Of a stretch of DNA of 64,000 bases, positions 44,718-56,827 are shown piece by piece. Made by a program: the position numbers and the translations under genes. Position 1 is the first letter of the stretch. Each line of letters begins with the position of its first letter. This stretch comes from Babesia bigemina (Eukaryota): the NCBI RefSeq assembly GCF_000981445.1, contig NC_027216.1, positions 248,001 through 312,000 on the forward strand, given 5' to 3'. The notes beneath the pieces are model-generated. The model was given only the letters and a program-made list of their open reading frames with translations. It ran no database searches and was not told the DNA's origin.

Positions 44718-46410
44718 CTATAGCAGCACGAGACCTATGTCAGACGGTTTCAGCTGCGCGGTGATGATACGTGCGAAACACTCAAACTAACACTAGGTAT
44801 GCGCCAGTTGTAGAGGTAGTAGTGCAGGCTCCCCTCGCCCGGGCCGAACTTGAGCTCCTGCAACACATGCGGGCGCGAATGAGGACACTCACCTCGAAAA
44901 TGGCGTCGTTCTCCATCAGATCAAGCGCGTTGAACACGTCAAACTCGTGCTCGTTCGCGAAATTCAGAGCCATCTCCATCAGCTTCTTGAACGATATGGT
45001 GGTGGCGACGTTGTAGTACGAGTACGCCGCCTTGATGGTGTCGATCTTGGGGTTGTTCAGCACGCTGGAGTTCAGGCGGTAGAAGCTCAGCATGTCGGTC
45101 ACTTTACCATCTGAATGCGCGTTGCCGCCACCTCGCGCAGAAACCCACCACTGTTTTCCTTCACGTACGTGTAAATGACCTCGCCCCTCGGCACAAACCA
45201 GTGCTCCACCTCTTCGCGGGTGTAGACCGGGTGGATCTTGTACGCGGGCAGGTAGTTCTGCAGGAGCTCCAGGACGTCGTCGACGTCGCGGGGCTCCATC
45301 GGGCGCATCACGATGCCGTCCGTCTCGGGGGGCAACTTGAACAGCCGCTGCGCACGGGAAATGGTCATACGATGGCCTATCGACGTGAAGCGAGCCTGCG
45401 CAACACGTGTTAACGCTAGAGTGGCGATGTAAACCCACGTCCACCAGCCGGCGTATGTTCAGCGTCCTGTGCCAGTAGCGGCACGTGGTGATGGGCTTCG
45501 GGATCATGGCCGCGGCGGTGTACACCTGTCAACGCCTAAAAGAGTCGCACTTCGCAACCTACTGCCTGCCAGATGCCGCAGCGGTTCACGCGGCGGGTGA
45601 TTTCCCTGATCAGCACGGGGGCGAGCCGCTTGGACCGCAGCTGCTTGTGCACGCAGAGGAAGTTTATCTCCGCAACTTCCATCGACGTGCCGAGCACGTT
45701 TATCGTCACGGGGATGCCGCTGATGAACCCGACCAGGCGTTTCGAGGACTTCACACGCACGGCGACGTGCCAGTCCTTCTTGTACCCGGGCGACGCGAGA
45801 GCCCACTGCAGAAACTCGGTCTTGTAATCGAACCTCAGCATCCCGCCGTCGTCCTCCACATAGTTCTCGTAGAGCAGGTAGTAGAGCTGCGTGGTCATGC
45901 CGAAGCCGAACGCGTCACGAACCTGAGTCCGATGCTCCTCCTTGTTGACGTCGAGGTCGACCCACTCAAAGGCATCCGGCAGCACGTAAGGATGGCAGCG
46001 AACGTTCTCGGTTTTCGTGTTGAAGTCGACGGCGCCGATTTGCTGCGCGGAACTGTGCAACAACGCCGCAACCACAACCACTTACGTCGGAATCCACCTC
46101 CTCACTGTATTTGCATACAGGCTGGGTATTCCAGAAGGCGTGGTGCTTGTCTTGGTGAGTTTTCCTGCCGAAGGCGCGCATCAAGATGTCCAGCAGTTTG
46201 GTGCTGGATTTGGGCTCCTCCTCGACCGTTTGCTCGCCCTGCACTCCATCACCCGGGAGGTCCAGGCCGAACACACCTCCAAATGCATCGACTCCAAAGA
46301 GCCCGCAAGCGCGTCCAAATTCTTGCTTGTGGACTCTGCAGTGGTGTGTGAGACCGCGGCGGCGCAAGGAGCGTACCTGAGCTAGAATCGTGTTTGCCGT
46401 TCTCCTCCAT
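44718..46410 (-). CDS. NMT: Glycylpeptide N-myristoyltransferase, multi-exon
   Basis: [72 protein letters not shown], and last exon [11 protein letters not shown] ending at 44718. The ATG at 46410 is inferred. Confidence 0.95.
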
Positions 46411-46760
46411 CGTCTATGGGTGACGCCAGGAACAGGTGATAAGCCGGGTCGAGAGAATGCCTGGAGCCGCCTGAATGCGCATCTCAGGCTGCTACAGATA
46501 CGGGCGGAATTGAAAATCGCGGAATCCCACTCCAGCAGCGACGCCGCACACTATGTGTAGACGCGTAAGACCCGCCAGGCACACCGAGACATGCGTCGCA
46601 CATCGGCGTTTGAGGACTCCAGACCACCGTACGGATATGTAAAGCTGAGTTTGGCACTGCGAGCGCCGTCGGATCGCCGGAAGATGTGAGAGGAGGACGC
46701 AACAGCATCCGGCGGCGCAGAAGGCAGAATAGATGTCGAGTGGCTACCAACACGGCTACA

Positions 46761-48905
46761 ATGCTGCTGTACCTCCTTGCGCATGTTTGGGCATGGCGCT
46801 ACGTTATATTCGTCGGCATCCGGTGCGCGGATGGGTTTGTTCTTCGACGGTGTCCTTCCCTCGTCTTAGGACGCCCGAAGACCAACAGGCTGTTCGCAGC
46901 CCCGAACGACGCTCAGCCGCCCATACCCGCTGCAGCTGACAAGGAGGTGGCGGAGAAGTTGGAGAAAGAGATTCAGGATAAGATCGCGAGGTACATGGCG
47001 CCGATGGAGGCTAACAACATCAAGGGCATCGACCAGAAGGTGCTCGATCGAAATTTCGGAGAGCTCTACTCAGTGGAGAACATCAAGAAACGAGAGCAGC
47101 GGAACGCCAGGAAGGTGCAGCTGGAGCCGCCGGAAGTACCGCCGACCGACAAGCTACCGTACTTCGTCAACATGCAAAACCCCAAAAATCCGCTGAGCGC
47201 GGCACATGTGGATTATGTGGGCGATGTCATCGCACATGGGCAACTAGATCCGAGATCAACTGTGTTGCCGCATGCAGTGTGCGTAGGCGTGGCAGAGCAG
47301 CAGGGTGCTGTTGCGGAGGATCGGCATGGACACCTCGGGGAGGAAACGGCATGCGAGGTGAAGGCTGATAGTGCCGCCGCACAAGCAGGTGAAAATGTAG
47401 TTGTCGGGGGGGCGCCAAGTTCGGGTGCCGGAGTGGAACCGTCTCCAGATCTTGACAACGTGAGGCAGGGCAGGTCGACCCCTACAGGTGAGTCGGAACC
47501 GGAAAATATTGAAAGGCTCTCAGGAGGTATCACAATGTTCAAAAACACGTATGAGGAGTTGCTAGAAGGCAATAGGACAACCGAGTTTGTCGGTGACCCG
47601 CTGGACCCCTATTTTGAGGCTGCGGCACAGCAGGCGTCAGACGACGAAGCCGAGAGGGTGGACTCCGACGAGGAAGAGTTGGAGAAGCAGGTTTGGTACC
47701 GCACCAAGCCGCTGAGACAGCTGATGCCGAAGGAAATGGCTGATGGATGGTCTGTACTTCCCTGCGGCCGCATATACAAGCACCTGCTGAGGCCCTCTCA
47801 CGAACCACCGGACAAGCAGCGCGTACCGGGGCAGGAAACTTACGTGTCCTTCGGTTTCAAAATCGCGGACGCATTCACGGGAGAAATTTTGGTGGAGGCG
47901 GCGGATGCGGAAAGTGAAGGCATCGTGACGCAGCTGAAGGAGCTCTCACCGCCCGTGCAGAGGATGCTCGCATCCATGAAAGTAGGAGAACAGGCTGAGT
48001 TCGTGTGCCCCGCTATAGAGCTCGGTCTGGATAAGCTGGATCGTGAGGGCATGCCGCCGGTGGAGTGGGTCAGAGTGTGGATGCACACCATAATGATGCA
48101 CGAGCGCGGGGAAAAGTGGTGGCACCTCAGCCCCATCGAAGCTTCCAAGTTCCCCACTGCGAAACCGTACGAGGACCGTCGCACCAGAATGGAAAGGATC
48201 AACCTCAAGGCGGATGAGCTGACCAAGCAGATCGAGCACGAACTAGAAAACAACCCAACCTCACCGCTCTGGGATGACGTGATGCAACGCCTGAACGAGC
48301 AACAGAAGGCGTCGGTAGTCGAGCACTTCGACCAGAAGCTGGAGTGGCAGGAGCGCAGGAAGTGCGCGGAGTTCTCGGGGTCCAGGGGGTTTGGAGACAC
48401 CATCAAGAGCACCGGGCAGGTGAAGGGGTACGACGTCGGCCGGATGTCGGGGGGCTCAGGGGGGTGCTACACCTGGCACGAAACGCCATTCTTCATATAT
48501 ATCGCAGTGCCCGTGGTCCCCGGAGTACGTGCTGAGCACGTGAACTTCGAGTTGGGGCAAACGCACCTCACGCTGAAGGTCGCAGGGAAAACCGTAGGTC
48601 GCATTCCAAGTTTTAACAGAAGCGCAGATCATTGACGACGACATCACGGGGCCCGTGGTAACGGACATTGCAACCAGTTGGGCAATGAGCGAAAAGGTGG
48701 GTCTATTGTGAGTCGCTCAATATTGCCGCAGGCGATGGATTACGAGCCGCTTCCGCCAGGCCACCCAGAGCTCGAGGACCCGGTGCTCAAAACGGATCGC
48801 GACGACGACTACCACAGCATCGCCAGGGATCCGGCCATCATCATCGCACTAAAGAAACGGGACAAAGTGTTGGGGGATTGGGGAACGCCATTCGTCAATA
48901 TTTAG
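46761..48905 (+). CDS. Signal/transit-peptide protein with an FKBP-like domain and a C-terminal CS (p23/NudC-like) domain, 3 exons
   Basis: Hydrophobic N-terminus then a basic segment (GFVLRRCPS...RPKTNRLFA). GRIYKHLLRP...MLASMKVGEQAEFVC is FKBP-like; YTWHET...IAVPV.PGVRAEHVNFELGQTHLTLKV...W is CS-like. Introns 48594-48627 and 48697-48731. Confidence 0.7.
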
Positions 48906-48907
48906 AG

Positions 48908-51900
48908 TTAACATGCGTAATTTGTGGTGGCTGCCAGTATCGTCCCCAGCTGAAACAGAGCGGGGTCGTGCGACGCGTTCACCAGACAGTAGAATTCACA
49001 CTTGAGCCGGTCGAACTTCGCAGCGAGTTCGCGGCAAGGCGACTCCAACGCCAGCAGGGCATCCGCCTGTTCCACGGTCTGCAGCACGTCGAAACCCAAA
49101 CCGAGCACGCTCTCGCGTAGTATACCGCAGCAGTAGCAAAGGGCCCTGATTAGGGCGCTGTATCGCACGCTGTCCGGCGACATAAGGCAGGCGCTACGTG
49201 CCCGCCGCGCAAAGGTCCTGTGGCTCGACACGAACTCGGTGAAGCCGGTGATGCCACCTGCATTGCGCATGAACTCCGCGTAACAAGGCGCCAGAGCGGC
49301 GTAGCGCAGATACCACTCCAGGCTCGACATCACGACGTGCATATCTCGTGTTAATACGCATAGCAGACGCAACATGGGAGCGCATCTGCGACTGCCTATG
49401 TTGCAACTCCCCCTGAAGTTGAGGCACAGCCACCGAATGACACGCAGCACGTTGGTATAACCCAGGTGGACCGTGCACAGCTGGCGGAAGATGCAGTTGT
49501 AGGACTGCACAACATCCTGAATGCCGTGTAACGCAGTCGCAGGCCACCTACCTCAGTGAAAATGTAGCCGTCGAACAGTCCTGCCGAGAACTCGAGGCTG
49601 GCGCCCGCCCTCCTGAACTCAGCAGCGCTTTCGACAGACACCCTAACATGCAGCGGTGACTTGAATAAGCTGGCGTACGAGTCGGAAACCTTTCCACAAG
49701 ACCAGTCTTCAAAAACGCCATCCATAAGGTCTAATCTTGAAAGGAACACTAAACTGTCGATGTCCTTCAGAATGTCAAAAATGCGATAGTTAGACTTCAG
49801 CAGGTTCAGCGTTGCCCGATCTAGCCAATGATGGTTCGCCACGAGGTCGTGGTTAAGGTCCCTGACGAGGTCGGAGAAGGAAACCGTTTTACCGGGGTAT
49901 TCAACGCTGGATGTCATAATTATATCACCTGGGACGTCGCCGATTAGATAGCCAGCGAAAACGGAGTCAGCTGCAGGCAAGTGGGCGTGGTAGTGACGTT
50001 CTAAGAAAACGCATAGTTCGCGGGAAGATTGGATGACGCCTTCCATCGCTAGTAGCGGCGATACCACGCGCAGGCGCCCGTCATGCTGGAATTCGTCGGA
50101 AGGTTCATCCTCGCCGCGCCACCCTGTTACCCAGCGGCGCATGAATCCCAGGTACGGCTTCAACGCTGTGATTACGCAGCTGTAGGCTGAGCGGTGAGAT
50201 ACGGAGTGGCTGCTTTCCGTATCGCCGAAACTGCCCAAGTACTTGGACACCAAATGTTCCAGCAGCCACGCACCGCGCGGAAGGACGAAGTGGCTGCTAT
50301 CTGCGTCGGGTTCGCCCGACTTGAAAGTGGCATCGGCCAACCAGCGTAACACCCGCAGCCACGGTTGCAGACGACCGAAGTACAAACTGTACACGCTGAC
50401 GGTTTCGCACAACCGGCCGCTGATGTCAGTTTCGACGAAACGCGACACTGCGCCCTCAAACTCGCACACAAAAGAGTCTAAGGCCGACGCGTAGACCGAT
50501 ATCGCAGTTCCAACAGCCGCTCTCTCAGAAGCGACGTTTTCCAGGCACCTGATGAGCGCAATGAAGTACTTCAGGCTGCGGACGATGCTGCCCGCCTCAG
50601 CCAGCTCCGAGAACACGAATTCTAGGCTTGCGTATCCCGGTAAGCGTTTCAAAAATGGAGTGCACTCGAGACGCATCAATGCAGCCAATCCACTTCCCTG
50701 CCATGGCGCTACTCCGAGGGGGAATTTGACGAAAAGGCGATCCGGTGTCAGCTCCAGTATCTCGCGGCAACTGTTTTCTTTAAGCTGCCCCAGGTAGCCC
50801 CCTACGATCCCCTCGCATAGCGATTTGGGCGACAGCTGGCCATTACGAACGACATCAGCAACCCACTTGTGGAGCGAGGTTGGAACTGACGAGGCGTCGG
50901 CATCATAAGCGCACCTCGTCTCGCATGCAAAAAAATCCGACTCAAACCCTTGTAAGCAGGCAACTACGGCACCCAGCCAATCGCACTCGAGGTCGTGTTT
51001 TGCTGGCCCTTTGTGAACGGCTCCGTTCAAGCGACGCACCGTGAATCCGACCATGGCCTCCGCAATGGATTCGTTGCTTGTTGATAAGCCGCTGAATTTG
51101 CCGGATTTCCTTCTCGAAGCAAGGTAGTCAAACGACTGTAATGTCTGCCACGGAGCGTAAGTGCGCAACCTCGTCCGTGAGTTTGGGTCTACACGGCAAA
51201 ACACGTTGACCCGCGTCAACGCAGCTTGTAGGCCATCAGGTCCATCCTCAAACAGCCTGCCCCTGTGGTCGCTAGCCCTGGACGACTTATCCGGTTTATT
51301 CTGTTCACAACTATGGTGACCAGGAACGAATGCTTCTTTGTCAGAGGGGAAAACGTAGGTGCGTTGCACGGAACTTGGCACCCAGTTACTGGTTACCTTG
51401 GCATTCAACTTATCGACATACGCTTCCTTCGCTGGTAACGCTGATGGCCTAATTGCCAAATTGAAGTCTTTCATCGATTCCGAATCTGTGGAAGTTGCAG
51501 CGGGCAACCAGGCAGAATTTATGGGCATCTTGCCTTTATCAGGTCCTACCGTGGGGTTGATAGTCAGCTTGTCCAAGCCTTTTGCAACCGACGCGGACGA
51601 TCCGGTGGGGGCATCGATATTTGGCAGCTTGTTTAGCGCGTAGTCGAAGGCTTCCGACGTCCACCTATCGGAAAGGGTTGGCTTCGCTGATTTGCGAACG
51701 GTCGGAGCCGGGTAACTCGAGGTCCACTTGAAAGCGTCGTCAACGCCAAAACCGCGGCTGTTCAGGCTTCCGAGCATGAGTTTAGTGTCTAATTGGCGCA
51801 CTTCACGTACGCCCTTGCGGAACAGGACGTGCCTTCCCAGCTCGAGCGCCTCCATGCACGGTTCAGGCTCCGACGAAAGGTGGCAGAACATTTCAAGGAC

Positions 51901-52577
51901 CTCCGACCGGCATGTTAATCGGGTCCAACGCGACGGGTCTTGCGCGAGTCGCAGCCTGTCATCGGGCCAGGATTCCACATGCGATACGGATTCCAACAGC
52001 TGCAGCAACGCGTCCAGCGCCAGGCGCTCCAGGTGGAGGCCCTTACTGCGGAGCGCCTGACGGTGTAAATGCAACGCAACATCGACGTAGACATTGTTGC
52101 ATCGATATTTTGTATAGCTGTCGCCACTTTGTGGCTGGGAATCAGGGCCTGAGTGCCCCGCCCCGGGTACGTCAAAGGCTGAGCCAACATGCGGCACTTC
52201 TCGAGTGACCCTTTTCCGCGCGCTCAGCTCCAGGTCCTCCAGGATCGAGGAAGCACTGTAGCGGCTGTTCTTTTGGCGCCATGAGTGCGTCCCCCCGCCG
52301 TGCGGCGAGCGCCGCAATACTGAGCACCAAAACTGGTCGACTAGGTGCCTGGAAAGCCGCCTTTGCACATCCCCTGCATCTAGACCTGAACACACCTCAA
52401 GGCTGTCAACGCGCAGTCACAAACACATGGCACGGAGCATATCGAACGGCATGTTAGGGCCGCGGACAAGCGCAAACGCGTCGAACGCTTACCGTTAAGC
52501 TCCGCGGCACTCAACTCCTCGGAATCCAGCTGGGAGAGATGCTCCGCCAGGGCCCGTACCTGGAAGCAGAGCTCCAT
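48908..52577 (-). CDS. Gamma-tubulin complex component (Spc97/Spc98 GCP family, GCP4/5/6-like)
   Basis: GRIP1-like RGAWLLEHL...LKPYLGFMRRWVTG...DEF; GRIP2-like YRIFDILKDIDSLVFLSR and IFTE|DVVQSYNCIFRQL across a short intron. 5' exons uncertain. Confidence 0.72.
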
Positions 52578-52736
52578 GGACTACGCGTGGCATGCCATAT
52601 TACAGTTAGTAGGGAATCTGTCGGCGACGCGGCCGCATCCACGACTGAGCGGTACACACTAGAAGGTCGCCGCGGCGAACGGCACGTTGCACACTACCGA
52701 GCAAGGTACAGAATTCAAAACACAGTTTTGCAGCTT

Positions 52737-53824
52737 CTACGCCTTAGGTACCCAGAGACCACCGGCGCTGAGCTCGCCGCTAAGGAGCTTCTGGTACGAG
52801 TCGTGCATCTCCTCGAGGACCTTCACGGCCTCGTCGCGGCCAACAAAGGTCTTGCCGGCCAAGAACTGGTTGATCGGCTTGCCCTTGGGGGTCTTGTACC
52901 ACCTGAAGAACTCCATGACGCCGGTGGTAGTGCCCGGGTAGAACCGGTCGATGTCCTCAAAGTCCTTGATGTCGTCGAAGTGAGGGTCGTCACTGCGAAC
53001 GACGAACATCTTCCAGTCGATTTCGCCCTCGTCCACGAGGGCAAGCGCGCCGACGACCTTGACCTGCACGACCGAGCCGAACGGCATCGTTGTCTGGCTG
53101 ACGTCGATGGCATCAACGGGGTCGTTGTCGCCGACGAGAGAGAGTCCTTTCATGTGCGGGTCGTCAGCGCCGTATTGGATGGGCGCTTCCCACGTCTGCG
53201 GGATGGCGCCGTAGTTCCAGTAGTACGGGCAGTCCAGGAAACGCAAGCTGCCGCACTTCAGCACGTCTTGCTTGATAGGGTTGTTCTCCAACTTCGTAGC
53301 GATCTCCATCTTGGCGGTCGTATGCCTCGGAATTTCGACCACCATGTTGTACAAGCCGCTGGAGGGGCACTTGTAGGGAATCGAGTGCCACGGCGATACA
53401 GTCTGGCCGCTCTCGTCGCGGAAGAATCCGCGGTACTCGAGGGTGCCGCGGGCACCGGAGTCGCTCAAAGTTGGCTTCATGGTGTAACCTGCGGGCGCAA
53501 TGAGGCGCGGAAGATGCAAAGATTGCACTTTACACACCACTCATGGGTTACGAAATGCGGGACCGTACGGGAGCGAGGAGACCCACAAACACAGATGAAC
53601 CACCCTTACGCGAAAAACTCACCGTTGATGAAGAAATCAGATTGACAGGCTTGTAGCGATTTATATGTATGTGCGAAGCGCGATATGTGCCACCGCAGAG
53701 TACAGGACGTCAACATATGGGGAATCGCGTAACCGAGAAGCGGCTTCTTCAGCACGCTGCAGGTAAACCGAGGCATCATACGTGGAAGGTCGGGAGCGCA
53801 CAGCGCTGGGAGTGAGTTTTCCAT
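52737..53824 (-). CDS. PPA: Soluble family I inorganic pyrophosphatase; N-terminal exon uncertain
   Basis: SPWHSIP, VVEIPR..TAKMEI, NYGAIPQTWE, GDNDPVDAID, DEGEIDWK and FRWYKTP. An upstream exon (...QSDFFING) splices in frame to YTMKP. Confidence 0.92.
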
Positions 53825-54635
53825 GTGCGGGCCGTCGGAGCACGGCCACGGGATCGAAAGGCCGAGTAAGCTTAACACGAGAACGCCGTGGCGCAGCCGA
53901 AGCCACGCCGCATATCTCACAGACCCTTTTCGTGGCCAAATATATAGCTGCAAATATATAACACGTATACTTCGGTACGCAGTTGATCTGGGTTTTATGT
54001 GGAGTGACGGAAGGTCCCCTGTCGCGCGGAGAACGGAGGAAGTTGCCTCATGTATCCGCCAGGAACATCTGTGAGGCACACTCAGTTTATCCGACGATAA
54101 ACTGCGCGTGTTTGGGCAAATTTACTTGTTTTCCTGGCACATTAAATGTGTTAGGTCTATACGTCGCCCAGCCACGCAGCCACACCCAGGGGTGCCGCAG
54201 ACAACCCGGGACGTGATACGTCACGTCGTACACACTTAGAACCTAGAGAACAGCTTATATGTAGAATACGTAGTTTAACGGTGTCGATTCTAGCTGCCGC
54301 CGGGATCGAAGAGTACGCGGGACCTGCTGAAGCCCCTTTACGAGGCCCGCTATTCGCAGATGCTCTGGCAGTTTACAACTAAGCGTTGACATACTCAATC
54401 TAGGGTACTTGCAGCGGAGTTCAGAGTGTGCCGTGAGGAAACGGCGGACCTGTCGGTGGCCATCACGTGGGTGGACACAAGGAGGCAATGTGGACTACCG
54501 CGGCAGTAGGCTCACGCTGTTGCACGTACCTGGTGACTGGTATGTGGTAGAAAGTGGAAGGAGAGCACAGGATTCAAGTCATTGCATTGGCCTTCATTAC
54601 AGGTCCTGGTCTTCTGGGCTGAGCAATATCGCAAA

Positions 54636-56792
54636 ATGTCGAACGTGCGGCAAATCACACTGCCGCCGGACGCGCTCTACATCACCAAGTCGATCCCTGA
54701 GGATGAGAACCTGGAGATGGGCTCTCCGCAGGAGTGCGCGGGAGTAGAGCCGAGGCGCAGTGGGAGCGAATGCGCCAGCGAGCGCCGGCAGACGGATGAC
54801 ACATACGGCACGGAAGTCAACACGGACGACTCGTCGTCAAAAGAATGGAACATGGGATCACAGGAGGAGCCCATGTCGGGGGAGCTTCCCCAACGCTCCA
54901 CCGAGTCACGAGGGTACTCCTTCAACAGCACCGCCACCTCGTTCCTAGGATTCTGCAACCTGACGCGTGGCAAGTTCAGGCAGATGGGGTCGAAGTTGCG
55001 CGGAAGTTTGACGTCCATACCGAGAGACATGGGGTTCTCGGCGGAGTTGTCACCGATGCAGCGCAGAAAGCTGCAGCACCAGAGCATGGAGTTTCCAACG
55101 AAGCACGCGGCATCTCAGCTTGGAAACGAGGCATTGTATGGTGTCCAGGAAGACGCGTTGTTTAGAGAGCGCGCAGCCTCCAACCCGAAGTCAAAGAGAA
55201 CGTGGCTGCCCTTGCGTAAAAAGGACTCGAAGCAGATGCCAGCAAGAGTCAGCGAACCAGTCATTGTCATTAATCAACCCCCCAGCAAGCAAAATGAAGT
55301 GGAAGCAAGCCGTAAAAGCTCGATGGTGTCACACCAGAGCAGGCAAACCGTCGTCCAAGATATGTGTGGGCCCATGCCGTCTTGCTACGTCATTACAAAG
55401 GACAAAGATTCGTTGTGTAGCAAGTTCTGCCTCGACGTGTACACGACGTTCAAACTCACGCTCAACTCCGGCAAGGCGTATGACTTCAAGCAGCTCATGA
55501 CCGTCGACAAGAACGGTAACGAAATACGCCTTGAGAAGCAGAGGGGCAACGCCAAGTCGCACAGCGCGCGGGAGGCCACGGTCGCCAGGCGAATCGAACC
55601 GCTTCGGAAAAAATTCCCGACCTTAACACGGATCTTCCCGCGTCTATGCCGCAGCGCCAGATACGACGATGCGGCCATCAACGACACCACCCTGGTCACG
55701 GTGGTGAACAAGGGAAGCGCCAACCTGTTCATACTCAAGTTCCAAGGCTACTGCCAAAATTACATGGATGTTAGCCCGGACTACGGGTGGAGGCGGTTGG
55801 TGGACGAATACACCGCGGAGGATTCGAAGAGCGCCGAACAGTTGCCCAAGGTGGCATCCCCGGTGGACGAAACCTGCGCGCAGCGGTCGTACATGTACTA
55901 CAGGGAGGCGAAGAGGGTAACACACATGATAGGACTCTCAGAACTTGCCATTAATGTGGCCTGCCGCGCGCTTATACTCGGGATAGGGGATGGCATGATC
56001 GACGCAGCGGAGTTCCCGCCGTTCATCAAAGACATGGTCATGCAGCAGTACGAAGGCATGTCAGAGGTGCTAGCGACGCCCACGAGTGTAGACCGAGGCG
56101 CAGACGCGCCAGGAAAGTCCATGCAAGCTCCTATGTACCTAGAAAGCAGCTTCCTTGGGCTATTTGTGAGCTCGTCCATGAGCTCCGTCTTGGGAAGCGA
56201 GCCTTACGCAGAACGCATGCGTGATAGCAAGCGTTCCTACAGGTGGAGCATGCCTGAGAAGGCAGACGCGCCGGCCAGCGCCGGAGAAAGCGGCGTCAAG
56301 CACGGAGGCGAGCCGAGCGTCTATCAATTCATACCGATTCCGGACTACGGGTGGCGGCTGCTGCAGAGAGCTCACTTCGACCGCAAGCACGCCGATCCCG
56401 CCCTGAGATCTAATAGAAGGAATTCGGCCGCCTCTAAGCTACGCAGCGTGTTCAGAGCCAGCACAGTGGCTGGGCTCACGCCGACCAACATTTACTCCAA
56501 CTCTGTTCTCTGCAAGGTAAGGCCGCCGCATGTGGACGACAGCCAGGCCTTTGTGAGAGCGGACGTGGGTTCCATCGCGATGAACATGGCCGAACAACTG
56601 TACCGACTCGAAGTGAGACAGCGCCGGCGGGAAAAACTGCCCAAGCAGACCTTCGGATTCAAGGTCAGAGACCAAAATGTAGTGGTGTCGCCATGCGGCA
56701 AGCGCTTCAAGCTCATACCGGAGGAGCTCATACTCAACGTGGCGACGCTGGTGCATGAAATGTACATCACACAGGCGTGCCTCATCCTGTAG
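54636..56792 (+). CDS. Hypothetical protein (about 718 aa)
   Basis: Long ORF with genome-typical codon use, ATG in AAAATG context at 54636, low-complexity N-terminus, no recognised domain. Confidence 0.75.
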   Translation: MSNVRQITLPPDALYITKSIPEDENLEMGSPQECAGVEPRRSGSECASERRQTDDTYGTEVNTDDSSSKEWNMGSQEEPMSGELPQRSTESRGYSFNSTATSFLGFCNLTRGKFRQMGSKLRGSLTSIPRDMGFSAELSPMQRRKLQHQSMEFPTKHAASQLGNEALYGVQEDALFRERAASNPKSKRTWLPLRKKDSKQMPARVSEPVIVINQPPSKQNEVEASRKSSMVSHQSRQTVVQDMCGPMPSCYVITKDKDSLCSKFCLDVYTTFKLTLNSGKAYDFKQLMTVDKNGNEIRLEKQRGNAKSHSAREATVARRIEPLRKKFPTLTRIFPRLCRSARYDDAAINDTTLVTVVNKGSANLFILKFQGYCQNYMDVSPDYGWRRLVDEYTAEDSKSAEQLPKVASPVDETCAQRSYMYYREAKRVTHMIGLSELAINVACRALILGIGDGMIDAAEFPPFIKDMVMQQYEGMSEVLATPTSVDRGADAPGKSMQAPMYLESSFLGLFVSSSMSSVLGSEPYAERMRDSKRSYRWSMPEKADAPASAGESGVKHGGEPSVYQFIPIPDYGWRLLQRAHFDRKHADPALRSNRRNSAASKLRSVFRASTVAGLTPTNIYSNSVLCKVRPPHVDDSQAFVRADVGSIAMNMAEQLYRLEVRQRRREKLPKQTFGFKVRDQNVVVSPCGKRFKLIPEELILNVATLVHEMYITQACLIL

Positions 56793-56827
56793 CGCTGCTC
56801 TACCTAGCGGCACATTATATAAAACTT

